Virus record (IMG/VR): IMGVR_UViG_3300008110_010375
DNA length: 64,000 bases
Strand: one strand, 5' to 3'
Source: a virus
This document shows positions 56,973 through 64,000 of the stretch, piece by piece. Within the stretch, counting starts at the first letter, position 1, and each line of letters begins with the position of its first letter. The notes below the pieces were generated by a model. That model did no database searches. It was not told the DNA's origin and saw only the letters and a program-made list of their open reading frames with translations. The translations under genes and the position numbers were made by a program.

Positions 56973-57132
56973 TCTTCTTGTTCTGCTCGTCTATGTGCTG
57001 CGCGATCATGGTCAAGTATAGGTCGCGCTCGTAGGGATACATCTCGTTCAGTTCTGTCACTGAGTATTTATGGTGAAACGTCATCGCGAAGTGGGTTTGA
57101 TAGTAGACCGCGATACTGGAGTATCCGGTCAA
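56959..57132 (-). CDS. 51: gp51-like baseplate hub assembly protein (absent from the ORF track)
   Basis: YYQTHFAMTFHHKYSVTELNEMYPYERDLY. Confidence 0.85.
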   Translation of the reverse strand: MTGYSSIAVYYQTHFAMTFHHKYSVTELNEMYPYERDLYLTMIAQHIDEQNKKNGSG

Positions 57133-57842
57133 TAGGTAAAAAAATCCTTCATACCCCTCAGCTCGACTTTGACCTTTTCGCCACCCACGTCGAGCTCGAC
57201 TTCATGTTGGACGGCAGGCATAGTTGCAAAGAAGTTCTGGATCTTAGTCAAGTCCTCGACCCTGAGTGAGTTCAAGAAGTCGGTGATCTCGTCTTTGGTG
57301 AATTCTTTGTAGACCTTGTCGTCGTCGAATATGTACTCTATCGAGCCGACGATCAGGTTGAAGATCGAGTCGTTGACTATCGCCGCGTCGAAGTTGTTCA
57401 GACGAACGTCGAACTCCATGGTCATCATGGTCTCAAGGTCTGGGTACTTCATCTTGATGCCCAAAGCCTCGTTGATCATGATCTTATCGGTGTGGTCAGG
57501 ATTGAACTTGACCTTGACCTCATCGAGATCGACGTTGAACGCGACCTTCTTTTCATTGTGTGTATAGAACAGCTCGACGACGTTGCTGATCGACACCTTG
57601 CGGATGTTGATGAATATGTACTCGATGTCGAAGATCGCCAGCTTATCGACGTCGATGCTGTCGATGACGCAGTTGTTTATGACCTGCTTGACCGCGTCGA
57701 TGACTTCCTTGAGGTCGTCCGACATCTTCACGACGAGGAGGAGCTTCTCCTCCTGCACGGTGAAGGGCCTATAGCTTATAGTCTTCCCAGTCGAGGGAAC
57801 CACCAGCTTGAAGAGCGGGTGCTTGATCTTTGGCAGAGCCAT
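57129..57842 (-). CDS. 26: gp26-like baseplate hub assembly chaperone
   Basis: MALPKI..P, RPF.V.EEK.LL, ends G..DFF. Confidence 0.9.
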   Translation of the reverse strand: MALPKIKHPLFKLVVPSTGKTISYRPFTVQEEKLLLVVKMSDDLKEVIDAVKQVINNCVIDSIDVDKLAIFDIEYIFINIRKVSISNVVELFYTHNEKKVAFNVDLDEVKVKFNPDHTDKIMINEALGIKMKYPDLETMMTMEFDVRLNNFDAAIVNDSIFNLIVGSIEYIFDDDKVYKEFTKDEITDFLNSLRVEDLTKIQNFFATMPAVQHEVELDVGGEKVKVELRGMKDFFTY

Positions 57843-57853
57843 CTTATACTCCA

Positions 57854-58606
57854 TTATCTAAGGGATGTAGCGAACGCGTTCACTCCACTGATGAGCGCGA
57901 GGGGACTCTTGCGCCCGTTCTGTAGTAGGTTTAGGCCGAAGGCGAAGGCGCCTCCGTAGTTGAATCTTTGGGAAGCGTAGTAGGCGTTCATCGCCCTCTC
58001 GGCTTCGAGCGAGTCCATCTCAGTCGCGGGTATTCCCTCGCTGTCCCACGTCTTATAGGCGAAGGTCACCGGCAAGCGGGCGATCGTATCGTTCATCTCC
58101 CAACCCACCGGCACCGAGCCGATCTGCATCGGGAAGGCGCGATCTAAGCTGTACTTGATTATCTGATCGGCGCTTGGGTTCAAGAAGTAGATGTCGATGG
58201 ACGGCGACTCATAGGTCTCAGGGTACGCGAATTCACCGTACTTCAACGACGAGCCGCGCTGAACGCCGGTCGTGTCGACGCTGAAGTTGTGAATGAGGGT
58301 GGACCACTTATGAAAGTAGTCGATGACTTTGGCGTCGTTGTCGACCATGAACGTCAGGGTGACTTCGTTGAAGTTGATGTCCGTCGGCCTGTTCTCGTGC
58401 ACCCCGTATCCGCCGAGCTTGACGGGCGTCGTGCTGTACACAAGTCCCGGAAGGACCGCGTCGCTGCAAAAGAACGGAACTTGACCGGTGTAGCTCGCGT
58501 AGAGTAGGTTCTTGGGAGGCGTGATCTGTACGTAGAACAGGTTCTGCTTGGCGACGCCGCCGGTCTTATTGAGTGCCGAAGTTATGTCTGTGATGTTGAA
58601 TGCCAT
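57854..58606 (-). CDS. tail tube-like baseplate protein (gp54/gp19 family)
   Basis: C....LPG, AFP......VTFAY. Confidence 0.75.
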   Translation of the reverse strand: MAFNITDITSALNKTGGVAKQNLFYVQITPPKNLLYASYTGQVPFFCSDAVLPGLVYSTTPVKLGGYGVHENRPTDINFNEVTLTFMVDNDAKVIDYFHKWSTLIHNFSVDTTGVQRGSSLKYGEFAYPETYESPSIDIYFLNPSADQIIKYSLDRAFPMQIGSVPVGWEMNDTIARLPVTFAYKTWDSEGIPATEMDSLEAERAMNAYYASQRFNYGGAFAFGLNLLQNGRKSPLALISGVNAFATSLR

Positions 58607-59196
58607 CAGGACCTTCTTACAGTTGCGTTCGAGTCTCTATAGACGCTCGCCTTGTTCACTGTGAACCTCTCGAGCGGGAGGAACAAAGCGATGTCCCACT
58701 CGTTGGATGGTATAAGGAGGAACCTCGTCCTGAGCTGGGTGTACAGGTACCTCTTGATGCACGGTTTGAAGTATTTATACCTTGAAGCTGAGTTGAGTAT
58801 GTCGTAGGACATCCTCAGCTTCGTCCTGTCGTCGAAGTTCTGGTTCGAAGCTAGGTTGTATAAAGCGTCCATCAGGCGCGCCCGCAGCAGGTGCGGGAGG
58901 TAGTGCATGTTTATGCCGGTGAAGCCATCGGGATGCATGGTGAAGGGGAACACCAGCGGGTACCTATCGTAGTACGGCAGGTCGTCCTTGAACTTAGGGT
59001 CATAGCTGAAGAGATACATGTATCCCGGAGCGACCGCGGCGCGCTGCATGGCGGGATTGCTGTTGATCAGTCTCGTCAAGTTGACGTTTGAGACCTCGCG
59101 CGCCTTCTCACGAAACCAGTCGCGCGAGTCGGCGAAGCCGGCGCGCATGAAGTTCTGTCTGCCTTGGTTGAGTATGTCGGTGAATACCGGCATCAC
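58606..59196 (-). CDS. 2: DNA end protector gp2
   Basis: YDPK.K..LPYYD..PL, G.N.HYLP. Confidence 0.9.
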   Translation of the reverse strand: MMPVFTDILNQGRQNFMRAGFADSRDWFREKAREVSNVNLTRLINSNPAMQRAAVAPGYMYLFSYDPKFKDDLPYYDRYPLVFPFTMHPDGFTGINMHYLPHLLRARLMDALYNLASNQNFDDRTKLRMSYDILNSASRYKYFKPCIKRYLYTQLRTRFLLIPSNEWDIALFLPLERFTVNKASVYRDSNATVRRS

Positions 59197-59630
59197 TTGA
59201 CTCCGATCTCTTTCTCAGTCATTATCTTAAACTTCCAGTTCCTATCTCTACAGAACTCGCTGGCCGCCTTCCACTTGGCTTGGTTGACGCCGTACTGAAA
59301 CACTTCCTTCAAGTACCTGCGCGGGTGCGCGGGATTCTTCTTAGGCTCGATGGTTTGACTGTACGGCTTGACCTCGATCATAAGCGTTGAGGTGTCTCCG
59401 CCGGTCTCACGCATCTTCACGATGAAGTCTGGGTAGTACCTGTGAATCCTGTTGTCGACCGGCGATACGTATGGAATCGCGAGCTCCTCCGATCCCCACT
59501 TCAATACGTTAGGGTGTTGGTCGAAGTACCTCATCAGCCTCAGCTCCCATAGGCTCCTGTAGATGATGTTGGTCGGGTCACCGGCGTATTTCTCAGGGTA
59601 CTTAGGCCTGAATCTTCCCTTGTAGGACAT
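59193..59630 (-). CDS. 4: head completion nuclease gp4
   Basis: YRSLWE, YYPDF, EVKP. Confidence 0.92.
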   Translation of the reverse strand: MSYKGRFRPKYPEKYAGDPTNIIYRSLWELRLMRYFDQHPNVLKWGSEELAIPYVSPVDNRIHRYYPDFIVKMRETGGDTSTLMIEVKPYSQTIEPKKNPAHPRRYLKEVFQYGVNQAKWKAASEFCRDRNWKFKIMTEKEIGVK

Positions 59631-59640
59631 AAGAAATCTC

Positions 59641-59665
59641 TATAAATATCATAGAACTATTTATA
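59641..59665. promoter_or_regulatory. pair of opposing late promoters
   Basis: TATAAATA (+) at 59641-59648 and (-) at 59658-59665 between divergent structural operons. Confidence 0.8.
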
Positions 59666-59674
59666 GAGGGTTTC

Positions 59675-60550
59675 ATGCCAGACGATTCAACGACAGCATC
59701 GGGCTCGGTCGTCATCTCGAGCACAGCTTCGCACAAGTACAAGACAAGGATTGAGTCGTTCGAGTACAGGCGCGAGCGTCCCGGAAAGGCGAACCCTGAA
59801 GTTCGCAACCAAAACATCGTGTTCTTTCCGCTTCCCCTTCAGATGCCTGAGGATCACTACGGCGCGAACGTCAAGGACTTCGACCTAGCTGAGATAGGCA
59901 CGACGATCGATACATTCAGGGACTTCAGCGGATCGACCCTCTCCGAGAAGATCGGCGCGGTTGCTTTGACCGGTGGTCTTGCGGCAGCCGCGCTGTCTAA
60001 GCTCACTGGATTCGCCAAAGCCGCCACCGACAACATAGTCGTAGGCGGAGGCGCCGCTGCTGCCGCCGCTCTTCCATTCCTTGGAGCGTACCAAGGCGTT
60101 GCTAGGAACCCACACACCGCTTTGCTCTTCGACGGCATGAGCCTCAGGCAGTTCAGCTTTACGTTTAGGATAGCGCCGCGCAACGAAGCTGAGAGCATAC
60201 AGCTCAACAACACGATTCGCATGCTTAAGCTGCGCATGCACCCATCCTACAACAGCACGCTGAATTCATACGCGCTCGACTACCCGTTCCTATTCACCGT
60301 GTCGTTCCAAGGCTTTGAGAACATCGAGGGTGTGCCCAACGTCGCCCCGTCGTTCATGACCAACCTATCCGTCAACAACGCAAGTCAAGGAAACGTGTTC
60401 TTCAAGAACGGTATGCCGGCGATCGTTGACGTCAGGATGGACTTCAAGGAGATCGACATGAAGACGCGTGAGTTCTTCACCGGTGCTGGTCCAAACACGA
60501 CCGGCAACGAGCTCGGTCGAGAGGGAAATCCTGGGGCTAGGGAACGATAA
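59675..60550 (+). CDS. 48: baseplate tail tube cap gp48-like
   Basis: NP....LF.G..LR.FSF.F...P; synteny. Confidence 0.8.
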   Translation: MPDDSTTASGSVVISSTASHKYKTRIESFEYRRERPGKANPEVRNQNIVFFPLPLQMPEDHYGANVKDFDLAEIGTTIDTFRDFSGSTLSEKIGAVALTGGLAAAALSKLTGFAKAATDNIVVGGGAAAAAALPFLGAYQGVARNPHTALLFDGMSLRQFSFTFRIAPRNEAESIQLNNTIRMLKLRMHPSYNSTLNSYALDYPFLFTVSFQGFENIEGVPNVAPSFMTNLSVNNASQGNVFFKNGMPAIVDVRMDFKEIDMKTREFFTGAGPNTTGNELGREGNPGARER

Positions 60551-60553
60551 TCG

Positions 60554-61108
60554 ATGGCTTACTTCAACAACTTCCCTAAGATAACCTACAACGACTCGAC
60601 CATCAGGAACATCCTCCTTAAGTCGGCGCTCGTGGCTGAAGTCTTTGAGAACCAAGACTCGTTCTACCCGTACATCGTCAAGGACGGATATCGTCCGGAC
60701 CTCGTGGCCAACGAGTTCTACGGAGACTCAAGGTACGACTGGGTGGTGTACTTCAGCAACAAGATCGTCGATCCATACTACGAGTGGCCCCTGAGCGTCA
60801 ACGACTTCAACTCATTCCTTGAGAAGAAGTACAACACGACGATATACAGCCTTCAGAACACCACCTCACACTATGAGTACACAGGCACGACAGGCGAATT
60901 GGCCGAGGACATCGCGAGAAAGTCTTGGAAGATGTCGACCGCCACGCACGCGAAGAAGACGACGTACGGTGAGAGCACCGCGGGCTGGACCGCCGTGAGC
61001 GTATACGACTACGAAGACAGGCTGAACGAGGAGAGGCGATCGATAAAGCTTCTCGCGCCGGCTTACCTGAATCAGATTGAAAAAGAACTCGCGACGATCT
61101 TTTCATGA
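60554..61108 (+). CDS. 53: baseplate wedge gp53
   Basis: YF..FP, RPD..A...YG, WPL. Confidence 0.9.
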   Translation: MAYFNNFPKITYNDSTIRNILLKSALVAEVFENQDSFYPYIVKDGYRPDLVANEFYGDSRYDWVVYFSNKIVDPYYEWPLSVNDFNSFLEKKYNTTIYSLQNTTSHYEYTGTTGELAEDIARKSWKMSTATHAKKTTYGESTAGWTAVSVYDYEDRLNEERRSIKLLAPAYLNQIEKELATIFS

Positions 61109-62565
61109 GCGACACCAATCCATACCTCGTAGGCGTCGATGAGATCTCGATGGTCAAGTTCGACGGCACCGACCAGATGTCGATCAAGCCTCAGGTCGTC
61201 GAAGTGGTCGTCTACCAATCGATCTTCTCGCCTACTCTCAAGGTGACTCTTCTTCTCAACGACTACGTCAACCTCCTCAACAACTACCCCATGGTCGGCG
61301 AGGAGACGATAACGCTTACGCTCAAGCAGCGCGGACCCGACGACGAGCCCGTTACGTATACGGCTGAGTTCGTGGTGTCGGCGATTCGCGACATTATAGT
61401 CAACGACGGAGGCCGTCAGCTCATATACTCCATCGACTTGGTGTCGAAGGAGGCGTTTGAGAACGCGAAGACGAGGGTCTCAAAAGCCTACTACAACAAC
61501 GTCGAGTCGATAATCAGGGACATCCTTAAGTCGCACCTGAAGTCGTCGAAGGACCTGATCCTCTACGACACCAAGGAGACGACCACCCAAGAGACCGTCA
61601 CGAAGAAAACGCGCAAGTACGTCGTTCCAAACATAACCCCCTTCGCCGCGATCAAGTTTCTCACGAAGTACGCCGTGTCGAACGACGACAAAGAGAACTT
61701 CATGTACCTCTTCTACGAGGTTCTGAACGGCGTCAAGAGGAGCACGGTGATCACTGACTACCGCGAGTCTAGAAGCAAGACGACGAAGCCGAACTTCATA
61801 TTCAAACCGCTTCAGAAGCAGACGTACCTAGGTGTCGCCGACGGCGCCGCGAGGAAAGCCGCTGAGGAGAACCCATACTTCTTCGTGTCAAACATCGAGG
61901 CGCTCAGGGGAAACCAAGCCGCGATGGAGACCCTCGCCAAGCGCGGGTTCACCGAGTCGAGGTCGATCACCGGCATGAAGTTCAACAAGAGGTACGCGAC
62001 GCTTGAGAAGATCATAGGCGGCTACTTCGAGAATGAGTTCGTCGAAGTGAACATGCACCAGAAGGATCACAAGAACACACAGTTCAAGCTCGATGACCTC
62101 AAGAACACCCTCTACCCATCGAGGCTCAACACGGACAAGTACATAAAGAACGTCGTCGAGCATAAAGAGGGATCGGAGACGTCCGCTAGGCAGAGATACA
62201 TAGTAAACAACTACGACGATCTCAACCAACCCGCGCTCAGGGATAAGTTCGGTAGGTCAGCGGCAGACTACTTAGCTTACAATAGCATCGACATAAGCGT
62301 CGGCATACCCACGAACTTAGACGTCAGGCCGGGAGACTTGATCTACATTCACGTTCCTGAGTTTCACGGCTTCAACCAAGTCACCGACGATGCGTACTTG
62401 ACTGGATTCTTCGTCGTGTCTGAGGTGAAGAACGTCGTCAGGACGTCGGGTGAGACTTCGACGCTGCTGAGAGTCAACAAGGACTCGCTGCTGAACGGTA
62501 TATTTGAGACTTCATCCTTCAACCTTGGCAGCGGCGCTGAGAACATGCGAAAGATCAAAGAGTGA
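61105..62565 (+). CDS. baseplate hub protein (gp27-like)
   Basis: position between gp53 and gp5; P.VGEE motif. Confidence 0.65.
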   Translation: MSDTNPYLVGVDEISMVKFDGTDQMSIKPQVVEVVVYQSIFSPTLKVTLLLNDYVNLLNNYPMVGEETITLTLKQRGPDDEPVTYTAEFVVSAIRDIIVNDGGRQLIYSIDLVSKEAFENAKTRVSKAYYNNVESIIRDILKSHLKSSKDLILYDTKETTTQETVTKKTRKYVVPNITPFAAIKFLTKYAVSNDDKENFMYLFYEVLNGVKRSTVITDYRESRSKTTKPNFIFKPLQKQTYLGVADGAARKAAEENPYFFVSNIEALRGNQAAMETLAKRGFTESRSITGMKFNKRYATLEKIIGGYFENEFVEVNMHQKDHKNTQFKLDDLKNTLYPSRLNTDKYIKNVVEHKEGSETSARQRYIVNNYDDLNQPALRDKFGRSAADYLAYNSIDISVGIPTNLDVRPGDLIYIHVPEFHGFNQVTDDAYLTGFFVVSEVKNVVRTSGETSTLLRVNKDSLLNGIFETSSFNLGSGAENMRKIKE

Positions 62566-63464
62566 TGAGGGACGACTTCTACGGCGATAAGTTCAAGTGG
62601 TTCGTCGGCGTCGTGAAGGACACGGCCGGTGACAAGAACCGCGTGCGCGTTCGCATCTTCGGTGTTCACAGGACCGACGACGTCACCGACGTATCCGACG
62701 GCGACCTTCCGTTGGCGGTGGTTCTTTACCCAACGACGGGCGGCCACACGTCGGGCGGCAACATGTCGCACGGCCTCGTAAACGGAACTTGGGTCTTTGG
62801 ATTCTTCGCGGATGGAGACGACTGTCAGCAGCCCGTGATCGTAGGAGTCATGAACGGAGGCGTCGGAAGCTCGAGCGACTACCAGTCTTCGTCTAAGCTT
62901 GAGGCCGGCGCTTTAGGTGAAGCCGCGTCGGCGGTCAACTCACCGCACCTCACGAACGTTCAAGGAAACACGAACGCTGAGAAGACATACAACATGATAT
63001 ATGAGCTCATCGAGCGCAGCGGTCAGTCCGGCAGCAGCATCCACGCTCAAGTCAGCGGCATCATGGGAAACATACTCGCTGAGAGCAACTGCAACCCGAC
63101 GGCGAACAACCCAAACGACGCTGGCGAGAGGTCCTTCGGCATCTGTCAGTGGCGCGGAGGTAAGTACGACAGGCTGACTCCCCTGCTCAGGCGATACGGC
63201 GACAACCCATCGCTCGAACAGCAGGTCTCATACATGTGGGACGAGTTCATGACGACCGAGCAGAAGGCGTACAAGCGAATCCTTGCGGCCGGCAGCTACT
63301 ACGAAGCCACGATAGGGATGTGCTTCTTTGAAAGGCCTAGGTGCTACAAGGGATCCTACATCGACACGAACGACTCGACCTTCACGCCGAGGCTGAAGTA
63401 CGCCGAGCAGGTGTACAACAGCTTCAAGTACTCACCTAGGACCGTTGGGAGGGGCGACAGGTGA
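62562..63464 (+). CDS. 5: gp5 N-terminal OB domain fused to a phage tail lysozyme
   Basis: RVRVRIFGVH, GFF.DG...Q.P; GNI.AES, GICQW. Confidence 0.85.
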   Translation: MMRDDFYGDKFKWFVGVVKDTAGDKNRVRVRIFGVHRTDDVTDVSDGDLPLAVVLYPTTGGHTSGGNMSHGLVNGTWVFGFFADGDDCQQPVIVGVMNGGVGSSSDYQSSSKLEAGALGEAASAVNSPHLTNVQGNTNAEKTYNMIYELIERSGQSGSSIHAQVSGIMGNILAESNCNPTANNPNDAGERSFGICQWRGGKYDRLTPLLRRYGDNPSLEQQVSYMWDEFMTTEQKAYKRILAAGSYYEATIGMCFFERPRCYKGSYIDTNDSTFTPRLKYAEQVYNSFKYSPRTVGRGDR

Positions 63465-63832
63465 TAGTTGGACCAAACAAAGTTTCGATGGTGAATGAGA
63501 TCTCATTCGCAACGACCAATACGCTGCGCAACGAGACCGTCGACATTGGATCGATCGATGCGAACTACGTAGTCTCTATCGACGGCGTTATAAATGAGAA
63601 TAAACCGGTCACAGGAACCTCGGCCACCGTTGTGCTCGTGGGAGGCAACGACACCTTCGTGCATGAGAAGCAACCTAGGGAACCGATGTTCTATATGACC
63701 GTTAGGCAAAAGCTGACGATCTACGCGATACTTAAGGCACTCGCTACGCGCACGGACACCGCTTCGGTCAGCGCTTCGGTGCCTATTCTAGACACTATAG
63801 TTAAAGCAACCTACACCAACTTCCGCGGTTAA
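63461..63832 (+). CDS. degenerate amidase_2-like protein
   Basis: YVV..DG.I...P, LVGG, T..Q..L pattern without the zinc-binding His. Confidence 0.45.
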   Translation: MIVGPNKVSMVNEISFATTNTLRNETVDIGSIDANYVVSIDGVINENKPVTGTSATVVLVGGNDTFVHEKQPREPMFYMTVRQKLTIYAILKALATRTDTASVSASVPILDTIVKATYTNFRG

Positions 63833-63834
63833 TC

Positions 63835-64000
63835 ATGGCACTTGAAGACGGATTCAACGACTTAAAAGCTAACACCAAGGGATCGACCAATCGCGAGAGC
63901 GACGGTCTGGCGGTAGGCTACAACGTCAACCAGCTCAGCGCGACTCCATACAAGTCGTACGAAGTTTCTGTGAAGCGCGGCGGCAAGGCTTCAGACACAA
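63835..64000 (+). CDS. partial gene, probably the gp5 C-terminal/spike part
   Basis: MALEDGFND..., open to the window end. Confidence 0.5.
   Translation, partial: MALEDGFNDLKANTKGSTNRESDGLAVGYNVNQLSATPYKSYEVSVKRGGKASDT

Noticed and set aside
1-64000. Stop-codon reassignment, and abundant TCGA/GTCGAC sites
   Set aside because: Core genes are intact in code 11 and use all three stops; TCGA follows from NTC-GAN codon pairs and was not quantified

Overview
This is a 64-kb segment of a large T4-like myophage genome. The host is most likely an alphaproteobacterium, judged from a circularly permuted alpha-type tmRNA and an Omp25/RopB-like 'TDLP..KAP' outer-membrane protein. Core genes include primase gp61, class II RNR NrdJ, ThyX, RNase H, gp33-59-32, the gp2/gp4/gp26/gp51/gp48/gp53/gp5 baseplate block, spanins, PhoH and PstS with a Pho box. 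RNA genes include tRNAs, two minimal tRNA-like RNAs and the tmRNA. Around the core lies a large accessory enzyme repertoire: six radical SAM proteins plus a stand-alone SPASM/twitch protein, a QueC-like ATPase, methyltransferases, SAM decarboxylase, a 2OG oxygenase, an SDR, a PLP domain, and seven paralogues of an uncharacterised '[YF]xxGxxG[DSE]F' family. The most notable observations are: (1) an apparent -1 frameshift fusing gp26 to gp51 just upstream of the tape-measure-like gene, like lambda G/GT; (2) an RNA-ligase-like gene split in two by an AT-rich paralogue; (3) a set of nucleotidyl-transfer enzymes, at least one carrying a T4 capsid-targeting-like leader; (4) a 59-nt D-armless tRNA-like RNA; (5) a 116-nt structured tmRNA intervening segment; (6) a back-to-back promoter inverted repeat enclosing three IHF-like sites spaced exactly 39 bp apart. 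All protein calls come from motif recognition, not database searches.
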